From the NCBI RefSeq assembly GCF_009914755.1, contig NC_060929.1: DNA of 64,000 bases; one strand, 5' to 3'. The position numbers and the translations under genes were made by a program. The notes beneath the pieces were generated by a model. That model worked only from the letters and a program-made list of their open reading frames with translations. It was not told the DNA's origin and did not search any database. The DNA comes from the human T2T-CHM13v2.0 reference genome, Homo sapiens. This document shows, in pieces, positions 1 through 16,009 of this stretch. The stretch's first letter is position 1; every line of letters starts with the position of its first letter.

Positions 1-149
1 TATACATCATTCTTTGAGTGCATCTGTATTTTCTGATGCATCAAGATGTTCCAGGTGCATCATGTACTTTTCATGTTCATCAGAGAAAAGTCTTAAAATA
101 TCAATTTGAAGTGCTAAAAATAAAACTCACGGTACCACAGGTTCCCAAT

Positions 150-2370
150 TCCTTTAATAGGCTGAAGGAAATACCCAACCTGAAATATCAAGAAGAAAAG
201 AGAGGAAATATCAGGGAAAGCAGAGCTGAATATCCATGGATCACAGAATAATATCAAATTGCTTAATATACCTGTAACCATCACCCCAGAAAAAGCAAAT
301 ATAGATAGCAAGAAAACATTCTGAGAAGAAATAAAATATTTTATGATATAGAGAGAAAAACAACAAACAACAACTCCAATCTTACTCAATTCCCCAACTC
401 CATTTAAGATACTAAGATAACCTTTATACCAACTCCAAACAAGATCAGTATGAGAAAAAAAAAGAACCAGTAAAAACCCTCAGTAAACACATATGCAAAA
501 AGTCTTAAACACAAATAGAAAGTTGCATAGACAGATAAACTTATAGATATAAATATCACTGAATATCTATCTAATCTTTCTAAAGATATAAAGACATACC
601 ATGACTTACGAAGATTTATCCAGAAATACAAAATTGATTTAACTTTAGTTATTAATCACTGTAATTCTGCATAATAGCAGATTATAGGGGAACAATTACA
701 TGATGATATTGATCATATTTATAAGAAAAACATTTGATAATAATCAGTAAGTTTTCATAATGAAATATTATAGCAAAAAGTCATCTAATTAAAATTACCC
801 ATAATTGAAACTTACATTAACAATTGTATTTAAATGTGAAATATGGGCAGCTTTTCTTTTTAATGAGAAAAATATAAAAATAAATTATCATGATCCCCAC
901 TTTTTTGCAACCTTGTAATGAATTGCTAGACAATGAAGTAAAAGGAAGTACCTGTAAGATTTGAAAAGGAAGAAAACCATAGTTATTATATTTCTTGGAA
1001 AAAATAAAAGAAAAATAGCATTATTTTCAGGCAATAAGATTGTATGTATAGAAAATCCAAAATAACTTAGAGATGAATTTAGAAAATTACAAGCCTGGAT
1101 CCAAAAATAGATATATAGAATCACTTGTATTTCATATACAAACAACAATCAGGAAAGTATTTTTTAAAAAGAGGATAAAAGTAGCATTAATGTATATATA
1201 GTACTAAAAATAAATAGCAGGAAAACTTTATTGAGGAGTATAAGAGCTAAATAAATGAGAAAATATACATTTTGATGATTTGTTAGACTCAATATTGTTA
1301 ACTTATCAATTCTTTTCAAGCTATACTAAGGATCAAATGTATTCCATCTAACATTCTACATGCATGTGTGAAAACTACCTGTTCTACATACTGACAATAC
1401 TCATAAAATCTTAGTATTAGAATAGTGTATTCTTGGCACAAGGCTAGACAAATATACAAATTTTCGGACTAAAGAGTCCAGAGACAGATTTATGGTTATG
1501 TGGACACTTGATTTACAACAAAATTGACATGGCTAAATAAAAGTGGAAGACAATCTTTTCAGTTGTACTAGGAAATTGATTATCTATATAGAAAAAAATA
1601 ATTGAAACTTTTTCTCATAAAACACTCAGTTATTGAATTATAAGTAATAGGCAAAATAATAAAAAATACAAAAAAACTTCATGGAATGAGAGGATATATA
1701 TATTTATCTTTTGTGTGTATATGTGTATGTATATATATAAAACCATATATATATATTTAACCTTACAAATAATTTATTGTATATTTTGAGAACACACAAT
1801 ATTTTAAGAATATACAATAAATTATAAGTGACCATGTTCACTCTACCATGCTACAGAAAATCAGAACTCATTCCTCCTATTTAATTGTAATGTTGTATCT
1901 CCTAACCAAACTCTCCTCATTCTGTTTTCTAACTCCCCTTCCCTGCCTCTTATACTCACAATTCTTATCACTACTTTTCTGAGCTCAAATTTTATCAAGT
2001 CAATTTTTAATGACACATTACCACCTTTTCCATATCTCTTAATTATGTGTGTATATATATACATATATATACACATAAAACCTCATATATATAAAACACC
2101 ATATATATATATATATATAACCTTATATATAAATATAAGGTTCATAGTTGCATATTTAAGTGACAGTATTTTAAGCCAAACAAGTGATTGATGTAAAACT
2201 CAGGACACTTGCTTCTGGCAGGGGTAGGTGGTTTATGACCAGGAAGGAGCAATAGTAGGTGTGAGTATTGACATTCTAGTTTTTGATCTGCATGGTTGCT
2301 TATAGTTATTTAAGCCATACATATACCTTATCTTACTGTTTTGTGAATGTGTTATATTTCATAATAAAAG
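150..2370 (+). mobile_element. Highly decayed ancient L1M (L1ME/MC-like) ORF2 and 3' end fragments, interrupted by a TA-rich block
   Basis: A-rich sense strand with degraded ORF2-like motifs (gattgtatgtatagaaaatccaaa, agactcaatattgttaa, agagtccagagacaga); L1M-type 3' end finishing ttatatttcataataaaa at ~2370. Boundaries approximate. Confidence 0.65.
1802..2042 (-). repeat. Inverted diverged copy of 2556-2794
   Basis: Reverse complement aligns by eye to 2556-2794; ORF-track peptides 1861..2076(-) and 2510..2698(+) are homologous (SLKIDLIKFELRKV vs SLKTDLIKFEVRKV). Confidence 0.85.
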
Positions 2371-2603
2371 GTGGAATACACAGATTTTAATTTGGGGCAG
2401 CTAATTTCTTTTCCAACCCATAAGGATTTGAGAAAGTGGGCTTTAATTACTATTTATTTAATACGTTGAAGCTGGTTTTAAGTGACTTTATTCACATGGT
2501 TTTGCTTTCTTGATGATATACTCAATTCATGTCACTTTAAGAGCAGTATGTCTACTTAAGAGACATGGGAGAGGTGATGATTTGTCATTAAAAACTGACT
2601 TGA

Positions 2604-2978
2604 TAAAATTTGAGGTCAGAAAAGTAAAGAGTAGAATTGTGGGTATAAAAGTCTGGGAAGGAGAGGTAGAAAACAGAGGCTGGGGAGAGGTTGGTTAATA
2701 GATACATTACAGTTACATGGGGGAATGAGTTCTGGTTTTCTGCAGCACTGTAGGGGGAATATGATCACATAAAATTTATTGTCTATTCTCAAAAAGCTGG
2801 AAGAGAGAATTTTGAATGTTCACATGACAAAGAAATGATCAATTTTTTTGACTTGAAGGATATGCTAATTTTCCCAATTGATCATTACACATTATACATG
2901 GGTATCAAAATATCAGTCTGTATCCCATAAATATATACAATTATTATATGTCAACTAAAATTTTAAAAATATATTTAA
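2604..2978 (+). mobile_element. 5'-truncated L1MA 3' end
   Basis: L1MA 3'UTR motifs (agagtagaattgtgg, aatttattgtctattctcaaaaagctggaagagag, gatcattacacatt); A-rich tail; imperfect TSD aaaa(g)ctgacttg at ~2590 and ~2978. Confidence 0.8.
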
Positions 2979-4301
2979 AAAGCTGACTTGGTATCATGCA
3001 CAATTTACTATTTTTGAACAAGTGCTTTCTGACTCCTTGTTTTCAGTTAGAGAAAAAATTTTTTAAAGTTATTTAAACAACATATGCAACTTACCTTTGT
3101 AGTCATACATTTTATGTATAATTACTTTTTGTTATTTTTGGAGATCTTGATATTCCTTAAAATTTCTAAATCCAAAATATACCATGAACATAGCAATTTA
3201 GTTTATCTCTTCCAAATAGACAAGACTACTTCTTCCTTAAATGTATGAATTGCTTGCCAAATATTTTATTTATATTATAAAGCATTGTTGATAAATTTAA
3301 AATGAAAATAATTCCACAGTTTCCAAATGTGTTTAGAATTTACATTACTGCATTCGAAAGTATAAAATTATTAGAGTAGAAAGAAGCCAAGATGGCCAAA
3401 TAGGAACAACAACGGTCTACAGCTCCCAGCGTGAGCGACACAGAAGACGGGTGATTTCTGCATTTCCATCTGAGGTACCGGGTTCATCTCACTAGGGAGT
3501 GCCAGCCAGTGGGCACAGGTCAGTGGGTGCACGCGCGAGCCTAGCCGAAGCAGGGTGAGGCATTGCCTCACTCGGGAAGAGCAGGGGGTCAGGGAGTTCC
3601 CTTTCCTAGTCAAAGAAAGGGGTGACAGACGGCACCTGGAAGATCAGGTAACTCCCACCCGAATACTGCGCTTTTCCGACGGGCTTAAAAAACGGCGCAC
3701 CAGGAGATTGTGTACCCCACCTGGCTCGGAGGGTCCTACGCCCACGGAGTCTCCCTGATTGCTAGCACAGCAGTCTGAGATAAAACTGCAAGGCGGCAGC
3801 GAGGCTGGGGGAGGGGCGCCCGCCACTGGGGAGGGGCGCCCGCCATTGCCCAGGCTTGCTTAGGTAAACAAAGCAGCCAGGAAGCTCCAACTGGGTGGAG
3901 CCCAACACAGCTCAAGGAGGCCTGCCTGCCTCTGTAGGCTCCACCTCTGGGGGCAGGGCACAGACAAACAAAAAGACAGCAGTAACCTCTGCAGACTTAA
4001 GTGTCCCTGTCTGACAGCTTTGAAGAGAGCAGTGGTTCTCCCAGCACGCAGCTGGAGATCTGAGAACGGGCAGACTGCCTCCTCAAGTGGGTCCCTGACC
4101 CCTGACCCCCGAGCAGCCTGACTGGGAGGCACCCCCTAGCGGGGGCAGACTGACACCTCACACGGCAGGGTACTCCAACAGACCTGCAGCTGAGGGTCCT
4201 CTCTGTTAGAAGGAAAACTAACAAACAGAAAGGACATCCACACCAAAAACCCATCTGTACATCACCATCATCAAAGACCAAAAGTAGATAAAACCACAAA
4301 G

Positions 4302-5314
4302 ATGGGGAAAAAACAGAGCAGAAAAACTGGAAACTCTAAAAAGCAGAGCGCCTCTCCTCCTCCAAAGGAACGCACTTCCTCACCAGCAACGGAACAAAGC
4401 TGGATGGAGAATGACTTTGACGAGCTGAGAGAAGAAGGCTTCAGACGATCAAATTACTCTGAGCTACAGGAGGACATTCAAACCAAAGGCAAAGAAGTTG
4501 AAAACTTTGAAAAAAATTTAGAAGAATGTATAACTTCTACCAATACAGAGAAGTGCTTAAAGGAGCTGATGGAGCTGAAAACCAAGGCTCAAGAACTACG
4601 TGAAGAATGTAGAAGCCTCAGGAGCCACTGCGATCAACTGGAACAAAGGGTATCAGCGATGGAAGATGAAATGAATGAAATGAAGCGAGAAGGGAAGTTT
4701 AGAGAAAACAGAATAAAAAGAAATGAGCAAAGCCTCCAAGAAATATGGGACTATGTGAAAAGACCAAATCTACGTCTGATTGGTGTACCTGAAAGCGACG
4801 GGGAGAATGGAACCAAGTTGGAAAACACTCTGCAAGATATTATCCAGGAGAACTTCCCCAATCTAGCAAGGCAGTCCAACCTTCAGATTCAGGAAATACA
4901 GACAACGCCACAAAGATACTCCTCAAGAAGAGCAACTCCAAGACACATAATTGTCAGATTCACCAAAGTTGAAATGAAGGAAAAAATGTTTAGGGCAGCC
5001 AGAGAGAAAGGTCGGGTTACACTCGAAGGGAAGCCCATCAGACTAACAGTGGATCTCTCAGCAGAAACTCTACAAGCCAGAAGAGAGTGGGGGCCAATAT
5101 TCAACATTCTTAAGAAAAGAATTTTCAACCCAGAATTTCATGTCCAGCCAAACTAAGCTTCATAAGTGAAGGAGAAATAAAATCCTTTACAGACAAGCAA
5201 ATGCTGAGAAATTCTGTCACCACCAGGCCTGCCTTACAAGAGCTCCTGAAGGAAGCACTAAACATGGAAAGGAACAACCGATACCAGCCACTGCAAAATC
5301 ATGCCAAAATGTAA
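4302..5314 (+). pseudogene. ORF1: L1 ORF1p, frameshifted near 5112 (284 aa read in track)
   Basis: MGKKQSRKTGNSK... ORF1p sequence; 1-nt deletion in ttcttaagaaaag shifts the C-terminus; normal stop at 5312-5314. Confidence 0.95.
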
Positions 5315-5381
5315 AGACCATCGAGACTAAGAAGAAACTGCATCAACTAATGAGCAAAATAACCAGCTAACATCAGAATGA

Positions 5382-9219
<3,838 letters not shown>

Positions 9220-10121
9220 ACAATGAGAACATATGGACACAGGAAGGGGAACATCACACTCTGGGGACTGTTGTGGGTTGGGGGGAGGGGGCAGGGATAG
9301 CATTGGGAGATATACCTAATGCTAGATGACGAGTTAGTGGGTGCAGCACACCAGCATGGCACATGTATACATATGTAACTAACCTGCACATTGTGCACAT
9401 GTACCCTAAAACTTAAAGTATAATAATAATAAATAAAAAATTTAAAAAAATAAATAAAATAAAATTATTAGAGTAGTAAATGGTGCTTTCAAACATGAAA
9501 GTAGTAAAAGTTTTAAGTACAAATGATTGATTCAGCTACCCAGGAGACAAAAAATTACAGTTAATATCAAAGTGAAGTCAACAGCAAGTTCACTGTAGAT
9601 AAGCCTTTGAAATGTTTTTTGAGAATACTTAACAAGCCAAATCCAGTCAAGCTGACACTATATTATATATTAATGTATTGTTAAGAAAACTCAAGGAAGT
9701 GCAGAAGAGGTTTATGAATGTCTTTAATGTTATTTTATGTGTCTAAATTTTGTTTTAGCTTTGTCAAAAGTTTAAAGGCAACATCCTGGAGCCAGTGAAG
9801 AGGTATGTAAGCCCTTAGGTATGTAGCCCTCTATATATGAAAAAAAGATTTTGAAAGTATATACCTAATAATTCCATATTAACTATGTGTATAACTACAT
9901 ATTAGTGGAAACAAACGTACAGCAAGATTTCACAATACTTATCCATAAATTGTGAGAATCCAAGTAATCTTCCATAGTTTTTCTGCCTTTTCTTATTCTC
10001 TTATTTTTTTCTAAATAACCATTACTTATTTCTATAAAGTGCTAAAATCAATAAAAGATTTTTATTCATCTGAAAGTAGGGCAAATCTGTTTTCTTTTTG
10101 TTTACAAAACCTTTTTCATTT

Positions 10122-10418
<297 letters not shown>

Positions 10419-10950
10419 CTAAGAAAAAAATCATTAGGGTCTGTATGCATATTATACATTTGCTAAGGTATGGCCAAAGCAGTATCCCAGCCTGACATGT
10501 CAGCTGTCTGGATATTCTGTTCCATGTGCAATTGCTGGAGGTTACTTTTCGGATTTCTTCAGATGTCTTCAAAAGAGTGTCACAAAAATCCCCTTTCCTC
10601 AATTGAGAAATATCCAACTATCTCTCAACTATTGTGCTATAGCATCATCAATATATCAGATAGAAATGCAAAGCTTCTGACTCAATGTTCAAAATGTAAT
10701 AGTTTTAAAGGCCAACATTTGTTCTACTAGATCCCATAGAAGAATCAGTCTGATGACAAAGAGTGAAATGAAGGCCGGATTTCAGCTCTCTCACCTTCCA
10801 CAACTATATATAGTGTTCCTTATAATTTACTTCCTAAAACAGAGTTTTGAAAGTTTGTTGGTGATGAAAATCCACAGCAAGTCAACTTACATTGCTATCT
10901 TTCCAGGACAGAAGACTGAATATTATTCATTTAAAATTTTGAGAACATAT

Positions 10951-11255
10951 GGCCAGACATGGTAGCTCATGCCTGTAATCCCAGTACTCTGGGAGGCAGA
11001 GGCAGAGGCAGGAGAATCATTTGAGGTCAGGAGTTCGAGACCAGCCTGGGCAACATGGCGAAACCCTCTCTCTACAGAACATACAAAAATTAGCCGAGCC
11101 TGGTGCAGTGAGCTTGTAGTCCCAGCTACTTGTGAGGCTAAGGTGAGAGGTTCGCTTGAGCCCAGCAGGCGGAGGTTGCAGTGAGCTGAGATGGTGTCAC
11201 CGCACTCCAGCCTGGGCAACACAGGGATTCCCTGTCTCATAAATAAACAAATAAG
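10951..11255 (+). mobile_element. AluJ
   Basis: Alu dimer with J-type gcttgagccc; TSD ttttgagaacata at 10937-10949 and 11256-11268. Confidence 0.93.
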
Positions 11256-11609
11256 TTTTGAGAACATAGCCTGTATGTAATTGGGAATAAGCATCAGAAA
11301 TTTTGACTTAGGCACGTAATAAGTTAGGTGTAATTAAATAGAAGTTAAAAGTTAAAAAATATATTAGTAACAAATTATGAAGCAGCTAACAAAGTAAATA
11401 ATGCACAATGCAAACTTTTGTGTAAAAGAATGATGCACCAATGCATGATTAATAAAACAAGTTCATACAGGAAAATAATCATGAAATATAATTATTATGT
11501 AATATAAATAAATCATGTTATTTAATGCTTATTTATTATGTTACATCTACTTTAATATCCAAGTGTTTGCTGTTTTATGAAGAGATCCTGATTCTTCTTG
11601 CCTGCATGA

Positions 11610-12633
11610 TAATTTATGCCATTTCTTTCCTTTTCTCCCCAGTCTCACCTTCTGCGTCTCTCTTTGACTTCTGTCTTTTCCAGTCTCTCTCTCATTTTCT
11701 TCTTCTATCTCTGTCTGTCTGCAAGACAGACAGCTTTGGCTCTCTCACACTGTCCACTTTTATCTTGGCTGTCTGCTTTGGCTCTGTGGCTCCTACTGCC
11801 CCATGCCTCCAGCTGCACAGCCAGCTGTCTCCTTGCTTTCAGGGTCAGCAGCTTAACTCTTTCTCTCTCTGGCGGTCTATATTTGCCATTTCCTCCCCTT
11901 TCTCTTTCCAATTTCCTTTCTTACTTTTTCTCTTTCTCCCTTTCAAGGAGGACATAGGGGCTAATTCCTAGGTCCAACAGAGAGCATAATGTATCTGCTC
12001 TTGTGAGGATGGAGTTTTATTATGCACATAGAGAATTAAAGCTTGGCACACTCAATCCTCATCTGAGCCAAACTTAACCAAAAAACTGAAGGCTTATGAA
12101 TGGGGTCTTTGGGTCAGATAAACTGCAGTACTTTAGCCTCTTTTGCTTTTCCTTGTTCCTGGTTCGAGGGTTGTTCTTCCAAACCTGCAACATTTTCCCC
12201 AAAGGACTATCCGGGGAAATGTCAGGAGTCTCTTTGACTCCCTCTTTCCTTTGTCCCCTAGGCCTGGAATTCTTGTCTCCCATTTTCAGCCAGTCTCTGT
12301 GTCTGAGTTTTTTCCTGTGTACCCAACCCCTCTTACTGGAGGTTTTCTGCACACCCTGAGGACCTCCGAAAATACCCCACCAAAGCGGTACTTATAGTCC
12401 AAGTTTCCTACCTTGGCTGGTGCACGAGGTTGCCTGTTTGCCGCAGTGCCTGCTTTTCTCCCTGCGTCACCTCCACCGTCTCCTGAATAACAGTCTCGGG
12501 TTTATCTATGGCTTCTGTGGGGAGCCAGGACACCCAGACAGAGTGGGGCACAAAAATCGGGTGGGACATGTCTCTTCTCTCAGCCGGAGTCCCACTCCAC
12601 GTAGGCACAGAGATCCCGAACGGGCCCTCAGGT
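11610..12633 (-). mobile_element. gag: ERV1 (HERV-IP10-like) internal remnant: PBS, leader and degraded 5' gag
   Basis: Gag-like MGDKNSRPRGQRKEG...DSPLGKMLQVW from ATG at 12283 (-); PBS adjacent to the LTR; no pol/env seen; left boundary uncertain. Confidence 0.8.
12613..12630 (-). promoter_or_regulatory. Retroviral primer-binding site, tRNA-Pro-like
   Basis: TGAGGGCCCGTTCGGGAT, 15/18 match to the tRNA-Pro PBS TGGGGGCTCGTCCGGGAT, 3 nt from the LTR end. Confidence 0.8.
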
Positions 12634-13087
12634 TGTGAGAAACACACTCACCCGTTCAAACCCAAAGAATGGACTTAGAGGCACGAAGAACAGTGAAAAT
12701 GAGACTTTTTATAACGGTCTTGTAACATCGGGTGTCTGGGATGACGCACCTGGGTCAGTCACAACAGGTAATTTATCTCCGGTACGCAAGTCCCTCCCCT
12801 AGTTCCTCATTGGTTGAGTACTATGGGGTTACAACCTTCCCGGATGACACTAAGTTTCATTATCCTCCTTATAAGGTTATAACCCATCGCCTTCCCCGCT
12901 TAAGTTTCAATTTCCCAATAATGAAACTTTCTTCTCTTTTATGGGCTGACCCCTCCTCTACATTCTGTTTACTTATTGTGACCTTCTAAGGTGCATGGGC
13001 CGTGCTGTTTGTTACATTTGCAGGCTGGCTGCCGTTACTTAGATTTATCATGCCTTGAAAATGGACCATTTAAAATGTTTTCTCACA
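12634..13087 (-). mobile_element. ERV1 5' LTR (LTR10-type)
   Basis: 454 bp bounded by inverted termini tgtgagaaa...tttctcaca; CCAAT box on the minus strand; abuts the PBS. Confidence 0.85.
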
Positions 13088-13429
13088 GAACTCACTTCTA
13101 CTTCCATTCTTTTTCAATATTACTTGCTATAAAAGTTTCCTAATTTACTTTAAATCCTTCCACACATTAGAAACAATGTCTTCGTCCTCTGTAAACCGTT
13201 GCAAAGTATATGGCTCTACTGAGTATAATATTTTAATATCTTCCTAATTTATTTTTTGTGTCTACTAAATTGTTAAATTTTCAGAGCAAGAACTCTGTCC
13301 CACCTAGAATAAAGCTGAAAACATCACACACATAATTACTGTTTTACAAATAAATAACTGAAATGTATTTTGTCAAAGGAATTGTACAACTGAGATAAAT
13401 AAGTAATTTGTCCTAGTTATTGACTGTCC

Positions 13430-13858
13430 TTTTAATGTTTGCATAATTTTTGGCTGCCCAACTTCATTTGAATACTCTTCTGAGGTTTAATTTTCTAAAG
13501 GAGTCAGAATCTTCCCTCCCTAATTTATCTTTCATCTAGATTATAAACACATGATACAGCCAGTCACTCACATTGTTTTGAGACTACATCTTGGGAGGGA
13601 GCGGCAGCAGCAGGCGAGCTGGCATTCACTGAACAGCCTCACTAGCATGAGCTCTGTATCTGAATATAGTGGGTACAGTGCAGTGTAGTATTAGCTGGAG
13701 TAACTCCTCGTTTTCCCTGGCTATAGAGCCCTCAAGCCTGACTGTTATAACCCAGGGTCTTTTTGGTCATCAGACATAATAATTCTTGGTGTATTTCTTT
13801 ACTCTTCGAATTGTTCAAAATTGGGTCTATTGCTTTCAACTAAAAACCTGATTAGACA
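13430..13858 (+). mobile_element. Old ERVL-type solo LTR (LTR33/LTR16-like)
   Basis: ttttggctgccca start motif and 3' end ctattgctttcaactaaaaacctgattagaca resemble ERVL LTR termini. Confidence 0.45.
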
Positions 13859-14428
13859 TATAACTATTGACACTGGGTTTGACAACAAACTATACTGTTC
13901 AAGGTGAAGATGTCAAACGTAAAGAGTAGAAATGAACACACGAAATTTAAAACCTGAGAAAATAAATTGCCATGATGTGTAGTTTCACAAATAAAGCAAA
14001 AAAAAAAACTATCTTAATTTAAAAATAATAGTCTTTGAAAGAGTTCTCTATGGGATTCTTAATTGGCACATGAATTAATCGCATTTTAACTATTGAAATA
14101 AATAACAAATTTGGCAATTTAAACAACCATTGGTTTGGGAAGAACATTAGCTGGGATGATGTTTAAAGACAAAAAACTGATTCATATTTTAGTTCCCTTG
14201 TTAAAAAGTTAGACCCTAAAGGAGCAATTTCACTCATACAGAACCTTGTGAAATTTTACTATTTACTACCCTAACTTATTGTTTGTTCCTAGTTAATTAG
14301 ATAACTAGTCTAACTAGTCTATATGTTAATCAATTAATGTCTAGCTATATTCATTTCCGAGGTTTATATCTTGCATAATCATTTCATTAAACTTACAAAA
14401 TGCCTTAGAACATAAAATCAGGTATTTT

Positions 14429-14720
14429 ACTCAATAATTGACTAAATGATATTTTATTCCTTCTTTATTCATCTGAGTAGTTATAAATGCAAGAGAATGT
14501 AGTGACCCATTTAATTGTCTTAAATTTTTTTGTATTTTGTGGTTTTACTTTCTTCCTACTACAATAATTGACTAATAATATTTTATTAAATAGATTGACT
14601 CAATAATTAACATTTTGTTCCTTCTTTATTCATCTGAGTAGTTATAAGTGAAAGAGAATGTAGTGACCCATTGTCTTAAACTTTTTTGTATTTTGTGGTT
14701 TTACTCTTTCTTCCCACTAC
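14429..14720. repeat. Local tandem duplication (~125-135 bp x2, plus a partial third copy)
   Basis: ttccttctttattcatctgagtagttataa...aagagaatgtagtgacccatt...tgtattttgtggttttact occurs at ~14429-14562 and ~14598-14720. Confidence 0.9.
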
Positions 14721-16009
14721 GCTCTCTTCTTAGCTGTACATTCTTTTTACCAATTAGCCTTGCACTATTATATAGTGGGGAAGATCATTTTTTATTTGGT
14801 TTTATTATTGTAAACCAGAATCCTGTTTTTCAGTTATGTTTTATGTACCCCAAGAATTTATACCTCTTATAGACCATCTTTCTTTTCCTTTTTACTCACC
14901 GAAGGAACCTCTCTGACTAATAGCCCCTCCTTCAAGCAACAGTGGCTTTGGTTCTTGCAGTTGAAAACTTTTATCTTTATTTTTTGTTAAGTTTGTTGTG
15001 AGAACAATTTTAAAAGTTTCCATAAAGATGCTGTCTTTCTTAGTAAAAATGATCCTATCCTCCAGAAATTAGATTCAAGATATGATTGGATAGTGGGCTT
15101 ACTCTGCTATTTTGCTGTCTGTGTCTATTGTTTTTCCCTATATTACAGATGTACAGTTGACTCAAGTCTATCACTTTTACTAAAATGAGTCTTTTAAAAA
15201 TATTTTTTAAAGATGACACATCAAGTGTGAAGTGATTGGGAAGAAATAATTAGAGAGTCACAAAGTGAAAATTAATAGAGAAATCTGAAGTGTTATAGCA
15301 AGTATATTATTATTAGAAAATCAAAGTGTTTGATTTTTAAACAAAGTTTAAGATAGGCTCTTTCTTTTGCTGTCCTTCTTAGAAGGCCCTGTTACTTTTA
15401 GCCCTGTTCCACTGTTCCAAGACCTACAACCACATGAGTGCCTTTTCTGGTTGCAAGTCAGCAAGGGGGATTAGAAAGAATATCTCAACTTGGAAGTCAT
15501 TAACTGACAGGTGGGGCCCTTCTGGACCTTGGTTATGTCACTACTGAGCGTCTCCTTTACCATAGCAGAATTGTCAGTGAAGACTTTGGGTTGCCCCCTG
15601 TTTATCCCCTTTCAAAGAGTACCTAATGTAGAATAATTTTGAATCATGTAGACGTTATTAGCTTGTATTAGTGAAGTTGCACATTGGGTCATAATTCTCT
15701 GAAACTGAAGTTACCTAGAGGGTGTAGTGTTCACAGAACTTTTATAAAATAAAGTAGGAATTCTCTGAGATTATTTGATGGAAGAAGACACAATTGTAGT
15801 GAGAAGTTATTGAGTCTGAAGTCAAGAAGTTGTATAAAAAACCCTGACAACATCACTTAAAATCAAAGCTTTAGTTTTTTAAATTTACACAATACAGAGC
15901 GTAGATCTTGTTATTTGCAACATGCTAGAGGTGAATACCACATACGCTATAGAAATGTTGTGAATCTCAAATGAGATAAAAATTTCCATTTTCATAAGAA
16001 AATGGAAAG

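Noticed and set aside
3860-4299. Identical 90- and 100-aa ORFs here and at 27644-28083 as a duplicated gene
   Set aside because: They are antisense frames of the L1 5'UTR; their identity reflects the shared DNA tract, not coding constraint.
11525-11971. 148-aa hydrophobic ORF
   Set aside because: Pyrimidine-rich antisense strand of the ERV remnant; F/L/S compositional artefact.
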